DNA of 64,000 nucleotides from a virus (Duplodnaviria; Heunggongvirae; Uroviricota; Caudoviricetes): IMG/VR virus record IMGVR_UViG_3300028833_000063, positions 1 to 64,000 of that record; one strand, 5' to 3'. Shown piece by piece: positions 18,134 to 29,310 of this stretch (position 1 is its first letter; each line of letters starts with the position of its first letter). The notes under the pieces were generated by a model. It saw only the letters and a program-made list of their open reading frames with translations, ran no database searches and was not told where the DNA came from. The position numbers and the translations under genes were made by a program.

Positions 18134-18345
18134 TGAGCAATGAATTTAAAGATTACTTATGGGATACAATAAGCGATCTTGTGCTTAATTCAGGCGTGAT
18201 GGATAAGATTGAAGAAATACCTAATCCATCGTATAATAAAACCTATGTCCACGGATGGAAGAATGGGCAAAAGGTTTTGTTAGAAGTTTGGTTTGATGAT
18301 GAACTTGAAGAATGGAAAATTGAACACAGGGAGCTAGATAAATGA
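18127..18345 (+). CDS. hypothetical protein
   Basis: ORF. Confidence 0.45.
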   Translation: MVMSNEFKDYLWDTISDLVLNSGVMDKIEEIPNPSYNKTYVHGWKNGQKVLLEVWFDDELEEWKIEHRELDK

Positions 18346-18596
18346 AGAAAATTATAATTATTCTGTTGTGTATTGCAATGTGCGTTATACTTTCTGGATG
18401 TACACAAGTTTATAAATCAGAACAAGAAAGTTCCGCTACTTCTTATGCCATGATTCTCATGCCAGATGGTTCAATTATTAAAGGCGAGTTTAACGCCCTT
18501 ACTCGCATTTCTAATGGATATGCAATGATAAAAATTGATGGTATTAGATATTATACTAATGAATGGCGTATTGTAATTTGGGAAAAAGATATTTGA
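18342..18596 (+). CDS. putative lipoprotein
   Basis: signal peptide MKKIIIILLCIAMCVILSGC with an LSGC lipobox. Confidence 0.55.
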   Translation: MKKIIIILLCIAMCVILSGCTQVYKSEQESSATSYAMILMPDGSIIKGEFNALTRISNGYAMIKIDGIRYYTNEWRIVIWEKDI

Positions 18597-18620
18597 CATT
18601 TTCTAAATTTATGATATAAT
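18593..18620 (+). promoter_or_regulatory. conserved promoter copy
   Basis: TTGACATTTTCTAAATTTATGATATAAT. Confidence 0.6.
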
Positions 18621-18653
18621 TATTATATAAGAAAGAGAGAAAGGATGATTTAA

Positions 18654-19880
18654 ATGCTGAATAAAAATCAAGAGCGTGAACTCGCTTATGTAGTCCTGAT
18701 TGATGGCATTGAACCGATTCCTGGCTATGACCGTGTAGAACATGCTATTGTTGGCGGTTGGCGTGTAATTGTACAGAAGGATCAGTTCAAAGTTGGCGAT
18801 CCTGCTATCTATTTTGAAATTGATTCTCGTGTTCCTTCTGATCGTGAATGTTTTGCTTTTCTTGAAAAGCGGCATTATAAGGTAAAAACTTTGAAGATGT
18901 GCAAAACCCTGTCGCAAGGCTTGCTCATGCACGCTTCTGATTTTGGTTGGACTATCGAAAATAGTACTATAGATGACCATCCTGTAATTATTGATGATGA
19001 GAATAAACCTCATTATGTGACTGATGATTCTCGTTTCCTCACCAAGAAACTTGGTGTAACTTATGCCGATGACGAAGATAATACTCGAAAGGCCGCGCCG
19101 GTAGATAAGTATAAGAAAATGACTCAGCGGCGTCCGCATATCTTTAAGCAGCCTTGGGCGCGCTGGATGATGCGCCGTGAATGGGGTCGTAAAGTTATGT
19201 TTTTCTTCTTTGGTAAGAAGAAGGATAAGAAGAATGGGTGGCCGAGCTGGGTACAAAAAACAGACGAAGAAAGAATAGAGAATATGCCTTTTGTGCTTCA
19301 GAACAAGAATCCTTGGATAGTAACGGAGAAATGCGATGGAAGTAGCACTACCTTTACTATGAAGCGTGGAAAGTTTAAGAAAAAGGACTTTTATGTATGT
19401 TCCAGAAATGTATGTTTTGATAGCGTAGATAAACCATGCTATTATGATACTAACATTTATTGGGAAATGGCGCAGAAATATCATATGTTTGAAGTGCTAT
19501 CTAAACTTCTTGATTCTATGCCCGGAGCAGAGTGGGTAACGATTCAGGGTGAAACTTATGGTGAAGGAGTCCAGCGTAATACTTATGGACTTTCCGGTCA
19601 TGATTTTATGGCTTTTAATCTGATTACTTCTAGTAAGGGCCGTTGGAATAGTTGCGCTATGAAGAAAATCCTTGAAAAAGATTATAACATCCCTTGTGTG
19701 CCTATTCTTGATGATAACTACATTCTGCCAGATACTGTAGAAGAACTTCGTGAATATGTAAATAGCCAGCCTTCAGTTATTGATGGCGAGATGAAAGAAG
19801 GTATTGTGTGTCGGTCTCCCGATGGCATTCATTCTTTTAAGTGTGTATCGCCAGAATATTTGCTTAAATATCATAGCTAA
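18654..19880 (+). CDS. ATP-dependent RNA ligase-like protein
   Basis: nucleotidyltransferase motif I EKCDGSS (KxDGS, Rnl1-like); RBS AAAGGA. Confidence 0.55.
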   Translation: MLNKNQERELAYVVLIDGIEPIPGYDRVEHAIVGGWRVIVQKDQFKVGDPAIYFEIDSRVPSDRECFAFLEKRHYKVKTLKMCKTLSQGLLMHASDFGWTIENSTIDDHPVIIDDENKPHYVTDDSRFLTKKLGVTYADDEDNTRKAAPVDKYKKMTQRRPHIFKQPWARWMMRREWGRKVMFFFFGKKKDKKNGWPSWVQKTDEERIENMPFVLQNKNPWIVTEKCDGSSTTFTMKRGKFKKKDFYVCSRNVCFDSVDKPCYYDTNIYWEMAQKYHMFEVLSKLLDSMPGAEWVTIQGETYGEGVQRNTYGLSGHDFMAFNLITSSKGRWNSCAMKKILEKDYNIPCVPILDDNYILPDTVEELREYVNSQPSVIDGEMKEGIVCRSPDGIHSFKCVSPEYLLKYHS

Positions 19881-19982
19881 AAAAAATATTTTTATGGAAG
19901 AAATTGATGAAGTTCTTCATCTTCATAACCACTATTTTTATGGATGAAGAACTTCATCAAAATAATTTTAGGATGTGATATT

Positions 19983-20711
19983 ATGGGTAAATTTATTGAT
20001 TTAACTGGAAAAACTTTTAATCGTCTTACTGTATTGTATAAAACCGATAGAAAATAGGGTAATGATTGGATATGGCATTGTAGATGTGAATGCGGAAACG
20101 AATGTGATATATGCGGTGCTTCTATCCGTTCTAATAGGACTAAGTCTTGCGGATGTTTAAAGCAAGAAAAAGATAAGATGCCAAAAGGCAATGTTAAAGA
20201 TGAAATTGGTAATAAGTATGGGCATCTTACAGTAATCGCTCGTGCTGGCAGTAATGAAAATGGATAGGCTATGTGGGAATGTGAGTGTGATTGCCCAGCG
20301 AAAACGCATATCATCGTACTAGGAAACAATTTACGCCGCGGACATACCCAATCCTGCGGATGTGATAGACGCTCTCATGGAGAATTAAAAGTAGAACAAT
20401 TATTGCGTGAAAATAATATACTATTTATACAAGAGTATAGACCTTTTAAGTTCTCTTCTGGCGCGAATGCTTCATTTGACTTTTATGTAAATAATGAATA
20501 TATTATTGAATATGATGGAGAAACTCATTATCAATATAATTTACATGGGTGGCACGACGAAGCACAAATGAAAGCACAGCAGGAACGGGATATTATAAAG
20601 ACACAGTGGTGCAAAGATAACAATATTCCGCTAATTCGTATTCCATATTGGCATTTACAAGATTTATGTATAGAAGATTTACGATTAGAAACAAGCAAAT
20701 TTATTATCTAA
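19983..20711 (+). CDS. zinc-finger plus PD-(D/E)xK-like nuclease, two in-frame TAG codons
   Basis: repeated WxCxCxCG modules (WHCRCECGNECDICG; WECECDCP...SCGCD) and C-terminal FDFYV...IIEYDGETHY nuclease-like motif; frame open from 19983 to 20711 except TAGs at 20055 and 20265. Confidence 0.55.
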
Positions 20712-21166
20712 CATGAAGATTGCTGAAATATCATGGGATAAGGAATAAATGATGAATAAATGTGATAAATGCTCATACTTTAGAGATCAATTCGGTAATT
20801 TTGTTATGTGTATAAAAACATCGCGCTTTATAGATTGGGAATATTGGAATAACATAGAACCGGAAGATTGCCCTTTAAAGGAGAATATAGATGACGAAAA
20901 ACGAAGTAATTCGTATTCTTAAAATCGAACGTGAATGCATCAGCCGCGATTGTGATCGCAATTGCAGCGAATGCGACTTAGTTCAAGAACAAGAAACCCT
21001 ATTAGATGCATATAATAGCGCAATCGCGCTTTTGGAGGATAAAAATGAGTAAAGAAGCACTAATTATGAAGTATCAAGCTCGTATCAATCTATTGAACTC
21101 GCGCGATCCTGAAGGTAATCGTGGTATTGTACACAAACTACAGAGAAAAATAAGGAGACTTGAAAA

Positions 21167-22042
21167 ATGAAGGAATATGGTAAACTAATTATTATTGCTT
21201 TGGTTGCAATTGCGATTTTAGGTACAATTATTGATGTTTTCAATCCCGGCTATGGCTGGTTTGCTACCGTTCAAGCAGGACATGTTGGTGTAGTTGAACG
21301 CTTTGGTAAAGTACGAGAATCTACATTGCAGCCTGGATTCCATTTGACTAGTTATTTTGAACATGTACGGCCAGTAGATATCCGAACGCAACGGCATAAT
21401 TACGTTACAGAAGCATTTAGTTCAGATATCCAGCAAGTTGGTTTAACTATTGCTGTAAATGAAAATATCTCGCCAGAAGCCGCATATAAACTTTATACTA
21501 CTGTTGGAATGAATTATCTTGAAAATCTGCTTGAACCACGACTTATGGAAAACGCAAAGGTAGTTATTAGTAAATATACTGCCGAATCACTTATTGCTAA
21601 TCGTGAAAAGCTGTCTTCAGAAGTGCTTGTAAAAATGCAGGGAGACATGGCTCAGTATGGCATTATTGTAACTGCTATTTCAATTGAAAACATTGATTTT
21701 ACAGACCAGTATGAAGCTGCAATTGAAGCTAAGCAAGTTGCTACACAGGAAAAGCAGAAAGCTCAAACTGAACAGGAACGTATGACTATGGAAGAAACTC
21801 AGCAGGCCGAACGTAAGCGTATTGCCGCACAAGCCGCCGCAGATGTGCAGAAAATTAATGCAGAAGCAGAAGCATATGCTGTAAAGATTCAGGCTGAAGC
21901 GCAGGCAGAGGCAAATAAGAAGATTAGTGAATCTCTAACTAATGAACTTATTAATTATAATCAGGTTAATCGCTGGGATGGAAAACTTCCTACTGTAACC
22001 TCTGGCGCAGTCCCTATTCTTAATCTTAATAATGCCGAGTAA
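21167..22042 (+). CDS. SPFH/band-7 family protein (HflK/C-like)
   Basis: N-terminal TM; GHVGVVERFGKV...PGFHL SPFH signature; Ala/Gln/Glu-rich coiled-coil tail. Confidence 0.75.
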   Translation: MKEYGKLIIIALVAIAILGTIIDVFNPGYGWFATVQAGHVGVVERFGKVRESTLQPGFHLTSYFEHVRPVDIRTQRHNYVTEAFSSDIQQVGLTIAVNENISPEAAYKLYTTVGMNYLENLLEPRLMENAKVVISKYTAESLIANREKLSSEVLVKMQGDMAQYGIIVTAISIENIDFTDQYEAAIEAKQVATQEKQKAQTEQERMTMEETQQAERKRIAAQAAADVQKINAEAEAYAVKIQAEAQAEANKKISESLTNELINYNQVNRWDGKLPTVTSGAVPILNLNNAE

Positions 22043-22059
22043 AACTCGGCTCTTTTTTG
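22034..22059 (+). terminator. intrinsic terminator
   Basis: gccgagt-aaa-actcggc hairpin plus TCTTTTTTGTTT, running into the -35 at 22061. Confidence 0.55.
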
Positions 22060-22060
22060 T

Positions 22061-22088
22061 TTGACTTTTTACAAAAATTATAGTATAA
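22061..22088 (+). promoter_or_regulatory. conserved promoter copy
   Basis: TTGACTTTTTACAAAAATTATAGTATAAT. Confidence 0.6.
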
Positions 22089-22109
22089 TTTTTATATGAG
22101 GTGAAGATA

Positions 22110-22172
22110 ATGGCTTGGTATTGGTGGATTGTAATTATTTTAGTCGGTATTTGGATTATTAAAACAATGTAA
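22110..22172 (+). CDS. 20-aa hydrophobic micropeptide
   Basis: MAWYWWIVIILVGIWIIKTM; strong RBS TGAGGTGAAG; first cistron after the promoter. Confidence 0.35.
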   Translation: MAWYWWIVIILVGIWIIKTM

Positions 22173-22185
22173 AAGGATGAGTAAA

Positions 22186-23037
22186 ATGCACGATATATTT
22201 TTCTTTACTGATGTACATGGAAATTATGAATTATATAAAGCCGCAATAGAGTACTGTAATAAACAAGACCCAGAAGCAATGATTGTATATGGCGGCGATG
22301 CGTGTGATCGTTGCCCAGATGGATATAAGATTATGCAAGAACTTCTCGATAATCCAAAAATAGTATATCTTAAGGGCAATCATGAAGATATGTTTGTTCA
22401 TGCTGCACGTTTTATTATCAATGACTATAAAGACAAATTAGAGTCGAAAATTATTAAAGATTATCTATACGATGCTTACGTAAACATACCTCAAATTCAG
22501 CTTTCAATATATAATGGTGGTTTTGATACATTGACTAGTTGGATGCTAGATGGAATGCCTAATGATTTTGTAAGTAAAATTGATAAGCTGCCGCTTACTT
22601 TTAGTACAGATACAATTGATTTTTGTCATGCAGGTACGATTCCTAAAATCTTTAATCGAGTAGCTCAAGATGAGTATGAAGGAGAAATTCCCGATAAAGA
22701 AGATACTGAATTAATTCTATGGGATAGGAATATGCTTGGGTATGGGTGGGCGCCAAATCGTATATGTGTATATGGGCATACTCCTACGCCGTACTTGCCT
22801 GCAAAGTATTACGGAAAGGATAAGAGTTTGGCAAATGCACATCCTTGCAAATATATCGGTAATTTAGATGAACGATTCGACGGCGCGAAAATTGCTATGG
22901 ATGTGGGGACTGCCCATACTAACAAGTTATATGTGTTGAATTGTCTTACTATGAAAGCGCAGGGATTTAAAGATTTAAATTTTGACAGTGAAGAAAAAAA
23001 TCATATCATTGAACAAATTGAAGTAATTCAATTGTAA
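22186..23037 (+). CDS. Ser/Thr protein phosphatase-like metallophosphoesterase
   Basis: FFTDVHGN ... GGDACDR ... GNHE motifs. Confidence 0.7.
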   Translation: MHDIFFFTDVHGNYELYKAAIEYCNKQDPEAMIVYGGDACDRCPDGYKIMQELLDNPKIVYLKGNHEDMFVHAARFIINDYKDKLESKIIKDYLYDAYVNIPQIQLSIYNGGFDTLTSWMLDGMPNDFVSKIDKLPLTFSTDTIDFCHAGTIPKIFNRVAQDEYEGEIPDKEDTELILWDRNMLGYGWAPNRICVYGHTPTPYLPAKYYGKDKSLANAHPCKYIGNLDERFDGAKIAMDVGTAHTNKLYVLNCLTMKAQGFKDLNFDSEEKNHIIEQIEVIQL

Positions 23038-23107
23038 TATTAATACTTATTTTTAAGGAGAAGCCATTCGAAAGAATGGCTTTATTTTATGGAGGCGAGA
23101 TATAAGC

Positions 23108-26017
23108 ATGGATAGGACTACATTTAATCAAATAGGTAATCTTGCCTTTTATGATGGGTGGAAACCTAACTATATATATTTTAAGTCATTACTCACCGCT
23201 GGAGAAACTTATAGTGATTCTGCAAATAATAGATGGAGATCAGATTTGGCTTCGCCCATAGCTGATCGCGCGATAGCAGACGCTACTGCACGTTCTCATC
23301 TGAACGGATTATCTGAGAAAGAGGCATCCACTGCTATGCTCGAACGTTTTAATAAGATTTGTACATTTTTACAGAATGCAATTACTTATGAGCGCAATAA
23401 TGAAATTAGTTATTTTAGATAGAAATATGAATAGTTAAAGAATGCCTTTACTCCTGAAGAGCAAAAAATTATTCCTTAGTTAGCAGAATTATTTGAAATG
23501 TTTAATCCAGATAATACTCAGGAATTTAGTTATACAAAATTTATTACATTAATAAACGTACTTTAGCATGGATTAGATCAAACTAAAGTAATTGTTGACT
23601 ATGAGCAGTAGCACCTTTCAAAGATTGATAATGCAATAAAAGAAGTAGTACAAGCCCGTGATAACCAAATAACCGGTTTAGGCACTAAACAAAAAAAATC
23701 TTTGAAAGAAATTCAAGAAATGGTAGAAAAGAGTCATCAAAAAATTGAAAATGAACTAACTGTTGAATATTTAAAGCATGGCTCATTTGGAAGTAGAGAC
23801 GCTTCTGGAAAATATCATAGTAATGTGCGTGGAGTGTAGGCGCATTTTGATTTTAAGAAATTTCATAATTCTATAGATGTAGAGTTGGCACATTGGATAA
23901 CCAACACACTTAAAGATATTATTCAAAATGGCGATTTGGTAGATAGACTCGCTTCAGTATTGCAGTCTAATTACCCAGTAGATGGTAACTTTTATAATCT
24001 GTCACGCGAAGTAAAAGCCAAGATTATTGATGCGGTTTAGTCATACGGTATAAATAACTTAGCTAAAGCATTAAAAACCCGAGTGACAAGTAAATATGCT
24101 AAAGAAATTGCAGAGAACATTGCCAACAATCCAAATATCTATAATACATAGTCAGCCTATAATATTAAAGGATACTTTGATAATCATGGACAATACGGGA
24201 AAATTATAGAATTATTCGAAAATGTAAAATAGATTTCAGATCTAAAAGAAAAAAGTGCAACTGGCTTATATGATGCAATTAACAAACTAATAAAAAACTT
24301 AAATAGCAAAAAATGGCTACCAAGTCAAGATTAGACTTAGCTACAGCAAGTATTCGCAAGTAACAAATAGTGGGCTGGAATTGAAGAAATGGTTAATTTT
24401 ATTCATAAGATTGAGAAAATGCAAAAAGAATTAAATAAAATTCAAGAGAAATATGATAAAGGGATATTACAATTAAATGAAATTAGTGGAAAAACCTTAT
24501 CAAGTGGAAATAAAGATAAAAATCATATCGAGGTACAACTAGAAGTTGTAGATGATAAAGTAACAATACGCGCAAATGAAAAAGGAAAATCATCGCTTGG
24601 CTCAGCTATTAGTTCAATTTCGACTTTTAAACGCTTTGGATTGTAGTCCTTTAATCCATCGGATTTAGAAGGTGCAATCTCATCATTAAAAAAAGCAGCT
24701 TCTTAGTCTTTACGAGACAAACTTGTTCAGAGCTTAGAAGCAGCGATGCAATCTGATAAATTTGGATTATCGGAAGGAGAATTGTTGAAATCAACTTCAC
24801 AAGGACTATAGAATTTAAAAATTAGTATTGGCGGCCCAAAATTAAGTGAAATTACAGCAGGCCTTAACTTCCGCCAACGAGGTAATGACTTAATTGTTGA
24901 TTGGACTGGCAGTAATAACGGAAAAAATGACGTAGTTTCAATTACGATTGATGTTAATAATGTTAAAACACATATAGATGTATTATTTAATGATAGACTT
25001 GAAGGAGTAGTAACGTCAGTGACGAAAAATGATATTATGTCCGCACGAGAATAGTATTTAACCGCAGTTAATGACGCTTTTGATAAAGCAGTAAAGAAGA
25101 ATACTACTAAGAATGTTGATAAATATACTATCTAGGGTAAAATTTTTTAGGATTAGAATGACGAAAAAGATAAGCAAGTAACTGATGCAATGGAACAATT
25201 GCAAACATTATGGAAGAAAATAGATAAAGATTTAAGAAAACGTAAAATTTCAGAAGATACTAGAAACAAATTACGTAAGCGTTTTTTTTCTATTTTAACT
25301 GATAGCTTTTATGTCTCAACAACGGTTAAAACGTATAATGAATATAGTAATTAGATAGGATATCTTGGTGGGAGTCTAGGGAGCGACTTAGAATCTCAAT
25401 TAAATAGGATTGGAGAATTATTTATGTCGACAGGAAATAGATTGTCAAAAGATGATATAGATTGGTTACAATTTGCTATTATTAATTGTACGCCATATAG
25501 TGTATTAGGTACGTCAAATAAGGGATTAATTGAAAGTTATTTAGGTAGCGTTGCTGCGCTTGCATTATTTGATGAAGGCAGTGCTGAAGGAGAGGTAATA
25601 CAAACTTTTGCAAAATAGCTAAAAGATGGAGCTAATGCTAATAAAGCAGTAAACAGAACCGGTTCGATGAAAATTCTACATCTATATAAAGGCAACGGTA
25701 TTTATGTGCCCAGCTCATATATACTTGAATAGGTTTTAAAATCTATTCAAGAAGAAGTCATTCCTAATATATTAATGATTCCTATTACCATGAAACGCGG
25801 AGCTGGTATTACTATTATTAATAATGTTTCTGAGCGAAGTACAAATATTCCTAATCGTCCTATTTTTAATCGTACATCTTGGAATAGTAATGCTTGGGCA
25901 GATGCTGGTGCTAGCGCGGAAGGGCAGGTTAAGTTATAGATTTTATTTCTTGCTGGACTATTAGATATCGTAAATAGTATCAATGCTACATTGTGCGGTG
26001 TAGAAGTGCCAGGTTAA
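23108..26017 (+). CDS. large 969-codon protein with about 20 in-frame TAG codons
   Basis: single frame checked codon by codon from ATG 23108 to TAA 26015-26017; only TAG interrupts it; three track ORFs (23108, 24389, 25424) share this frame; RBS GGAGGCGAGA. Confidence 0.6.
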
Positions 26018-26018
26018 T

Positions 26019-26040
26019 AACCGCTTCGCGGTTTATATAA
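26019..26040 (+). terminator. possible intrinsic terminator
   Basis: aaccgc-ttcg-gcggtt hairpin followed by a TATATAAAT-rich tract. Confidence 0.35.
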
Positions 26041-26065
26041 ATCTCCACATGGAGGTGAGACCCAT

Positions 26066-26512
26066 ATGAATCAAGCATAGCTTGAACGCGTATTAGATTG
26101 GCTTATTCATAATTTTGCCCAAGTCTTTCTAATATGCTCAGTTTTCATCCAAATTACTCCTGTTAAATGGAATCCTATTACTTCTTTTATCAAATGGCTT
26201 GGAAAAATTTTAACTAAAGAAATCCAAGATAGTGTAAAAGACATAGCCGAATAGGTAGAAAGTTTATAGGGTGATGTAGATGCAAACGAAAAAGATCGCA
26301 TTCGTTGGGAAATTCTTGATTTTGCTAATTCTTGTCGAAACGGGCGCGAACATACGCATGATGAGTTTCAACATATTTCCGATTTGCACGACAAGTATAA
26401 AGCTCTTTTAAAGAAAACCGGCGATAAAAATGGTGTATTTGATACAGAATATGCCATGATCGACGCTTTATACAAAAAGCATTTAAAAAATAATGACTTC
26501 CTAAATAATTGA
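26066..26512 (+). CDS. membrane protein with three in-frame TAG codons, possibly holin-like
   Basis: frame checked codon by codon; TAGs at 26078, 26252, 26267; one hydrophobic segment FAQVFLICSVFIQITP; RBS GGAGGTGAGA; TGA stop overlaps the -35 of the next promoter. Confidence 0.5.
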
Positions 26513-26537
26513 CATTCTTTTTAATTTAGTGTATAAT
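26509..26537 (+). promoter_or_regulatory. conserved promoter copy
   Basis: TTGACATTCTTTTTAATTTAGTGTATAAT. Confidence 0.55.
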
Positions 26538-26559
26538 AAATTAAAAAGGAGGATGAAAA

Positions 26560-27078
26560 ATGGTTCAAGAAAAACGTAGTGCAGAACAAATTGCAGCTTT
26601 AGAAATTTACACAGATGGGTCATGTAAAAGTTTAGCCAAAATACGTTTTGGCGGCTGGAGCTTTGTTGCTCTACGTGGAGGTGAATTTCAATACCGGGCT
26701 TGCGGCGGCGAACAGGATACCACAAATCAGCGAATGGAATTATTAGCAATTCGTAATGCCTTAGAGTACGCGCGCCTAAACCGGCATCCTAATGAACGTG
26801 TTATTATTTACAGCGATTCAGCTTATGCTATTAACTGCTATAAGCAGCAATGGTATAGCAAGTGGCAAATTAATGGGTGGGTTAATTCTAAAGGAGAAGA
26901 TGTCGCAAATCAAGACTTATGGATTCAAATTATTCCATACTTTGAAAACTTTTGGTATAGCTTTTCAAAAGTAAAAGGCCATGCCGATAATTATTGGAAT
27001 AATGAATGTGATAGATTCGCTCAAGAAGTAGCCCAAGACTTAAAGGATAGTTTCCGAGGATTAAACAATGAACGATGA
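26560..27078 (+). CDS. rnhA: ribonuclease H (type 1)
   Basis: IYTDGSC...NQRMELLA...YSDSAY...KGHADN...NECDRFA RNase H catalytic motifs. Confidence 0.8.
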   Translation: MVQEKRSAEQIAALEIYTDGSCKSLAKIRFGGWSFVALRGGEFQYRACGGEQDTTNQRMELLAIRNALEYARLNRHPNERVIIYSDSAYAINCYKQQWYSKWQINGWVNSKGEDVANQDLWIQIIPYFENFWYSFSKVKGHADNYWNNECDRFAQEVAQDLKDSFRGLNNER

Positions 27079-27391
27079 AATTTATGAAGTTGGGCGTAAT
27101 GAGTATGCCGGCCTAGTAGGAGAAATGAAAACTGACTGTTTTGATATGGAAAAAGTTTATAAAGATGACTGTGTTATTATTAAGCTAATTAGCAAACGCA
27201 CAGGCAAGGTAATTACCAAACGAGTTATTGATGCAGATCAGAATGAAACCTATTATATATATGAATTGCCTGCAGATGATGAAAGACTCGCGCCAAAGAA
27301 AATTCGTCAATATCAATTAGAAAGCCGGGAAGAAGTCCAAGCTTTCTTTGATATTCTTAATAAGATTCAAAAGGGTGAGAAGCATGACTGA
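27068..27391 (+). CDS. hypothetical protein
   Basis: ORF. Confidence 0.5.
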   Translation: MNDEIYEVGRNEYAGLVGEMKTDCFDMEKVYKDDCVIIKLISKRTGKVITKRVIDADQNETYYIYELPADDERLAPKKIRQYQLESREEVQAFFDILNKIQKGEKHD

Positions 27392-27575
27392 ATTATTTGC
27401 CAATATTAATGATAGATTAAGATAGGAAGCTTCAGATGTTTGGCAGCTCGCATCTATATTATCACCTGAGCGCGCCGCACGGCTCTTATCTGAATATACT
27501 AAAGCTCACTCTGAAGAAGAATAGGATTTTTTACAGTTCTATTTTAACTTACAAATGGAAGTGCTAAAACAATGA
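27384..27575 (+). CDS. small protein with two in-frame TAG codons
   Basis: frame open from 27384 to TGA 27573-27575 except TAGs at 27423 and 27522; coupled ATGACTGA and ATGA overlaps. Confidence 0.3.
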
Positions 27576-28132
27576 AACAAACAATTATTTTATCTGGTAA
27601 GTCTGGTTCTGGAAAAGATGTTACTGCTCAATATATGCGCGAAGCTCTTGAAAAGAGAGGAAAACGTGTATTATTAATTCATTATGCTGATGCACTTAAA
27701 TGGTTCCTGCGCGATTTCATGGATTGGGACGGCAAGAAAGATGAAGTAGGCAGAACTTTATTGCAACAAGTCGGTACAGACATTGTACGTGCTTGTCATC
27801 CTAACTTCTGGACTGGAATTGTTGTAGGACTAATCCAATCTTTCGAGCCATATAATAATTTTGATGTAGCTATAGTACCAGATGCGCGATTCCCTAATGA
27901 AATTGATATCGCATTACAAAGTATTAAGAATTGCGTAGCAGTAAGAATTGAACGTAAGAATAAAGATGGTACAGAATGGATTAATCCAGCTCTAACTGAC
28001 GATCAGCGTAATCATCCAAGCGAAACTTCACTTGATTGCTATGGTTTTGATTATGTGTTACATAACGAAGGCGACTTAGATGAATTGCAGGCTGGCGCAG
28101 AAACAATTTTAAAAGACCTATACTTAATTTAA
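27572..28132 (+). CDS. deoxynucleoside monophosphate kinase-like P-loop kinase
   Basis: N-terminal ILSGKSGSGKD Walker A. Confidence 0.55.
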   Translation: MKQTIILSGKSGSGKDVTAQYMREALEKRGKRVLLIHYADALKWFLRDFMDWDGKKDEVGRTLLQQVGTDIVRACHPNFWTGIVVGLIQSFEPYNNFDVAIVPDARFPNEIDIALQSIKNCVAVRIERKNKDGTEWINPALTDDQRNHPSETSLDCYGFDYVLHNEGDLDELQAGAETILKDLYLI

Positions 28133-28145
28133 AAGGAGAAAATAT

Positions 28146-29279
28146 ATGACTAGTACTCAGTGGCGCGAATTAGGTATCCAAAAATATTGGGCTCCAACAG
28201 CATCTGTTTCTAAAGAAATGAAGCGCATGAAACTTGAGGCTGCCGCAGAAAGTGGCCAATATATTTGGAGTGAAAAATTTGATGGTAATTTCTTGCGTGG
28301 AATTATTACTCTAGATGATAACGTACTACAAACTCGTGGAATTAGTAAAACAACGGGGCAACTTGGTGAAGTGCAGGATAAAGTACTTTTCTGGAAAGAT
28401 GTATGTAAAGCATTTACAAAAGGCACAACAGTTCTACTTGGAGAAGGATATATTCCCGGTGGTGTAGATGCCACAGTAGGAGCTGTATTGCGTTGCTTAA
28501 CTCCGAAGGCACTTGCACGCCAAAAAGAAACTCCTGTAGAATGGCACATATTTGATGTACTTGCGCTAGATGGAGTAGAGTTCCTAGATAAACCTATTGA
28601 AGAGCGCGTATCTTATATTAATGAGGTTGTAAGACGTATTAATAGTCCTCTCGTCAAAGGGATTGAATTCCATGAAATGGACGAGCATTTCTTTGATGAT
28701 GTAGCTACAATTTTAAGCCGTGGTGGTGAAGGTGCGGTATGTTATAAGAAAGGAGTATTATATACTCCCGGTAAGCGCAGTTCTGCATGGACTACAATTA
28801 AAGTGAAACAAGAAATTACTTCTGAAGTTGACGCCATTATTACTGGTACTGTGCAAGGCGAAAAGCTCTATCATGGAGATGACCTTGGACATTGGCAACT
28901 CTGGGAGAATAGTCGTACTGGTCAATTAGTGCAGGGAGACTACTTTGGAGAATATCAAACTGGCGGCGCGTATATCCCAGTTTCTAAAAACTTTTTTAAT
29001 CACTGGCCTGCAGCAATTCAGGTTGGCGTATATAATAAACAAGGTACTATTATTCCACTTTGTAAAGTCAGTGGTCTCACGGAAGATTTTAAGACCGCTC
29101 TGCGCGATAATCCTGTTGAATGGATAGGAACGCCCGTTACAATTACTGGAATGATGGTTTCTGAGCGACGCGCAAATTCTGAAGGAGAAGGTATTTCCAT
29201 CCGCCACCCAATTCTAAAATCTCTTAGGAAGGGTGATCTTGATCCAAAAGATTGTACGCTCGCAAAAATTATTGAATAA
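28146..29279 (+). CDS. ATP-dependent DNA ligase
   Basis: motif I SEKFDGNF (KxDG); size similar to T7-type ligases. Confidence 0.65.
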   Translation: MTSTQWRELGIQKYWAPTASVSKEMKRMKLEAAAESGQYIWSEKFDGNFLRGIITLDDNVLQTRGISKTTGQLGEVQDKVLFWKDVCKAFTKGTTVLLGEGYIPGGVDATVGAVLRCLTPKALARQKETPVEWHIFDVLALDGVEFLDKPIEERVSYINEVVRRINSPLVKGIEFHEMDEHFFDDVATILSRGGEGAVCYKKGVLYTPGKRSSAWTTIKVKQEITSEVDAIITGTVQGEKLYHGDDLGHWQLWENSRTGQLVQGDYFGEYQTGGAYIPVSKNFFNHWPAAIQVGVYNKQGTIIPLCKVSGLTEDFKTALRDNPVEWIGTPVTITGMMVSERRANSEGEGISIRHPILKSLRKGDLDPKDCTLAKIIE

Positions 29280-29310
29280 GCCCGCATATTAGCGTGGCTG
29301 AGGAGGACTT

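Noticed and set aside
23422-25424. Reading the in-frame TAGs as pseudogenes or gene decay
   Set aside because: One intact frame persists for 2.9 kb with only TAG interrupting it. The same holds in ten other genes, including essential-looking enzymes. No gene uses TAG as its terminator. Systematic recoding is far more parsimonious than decay.
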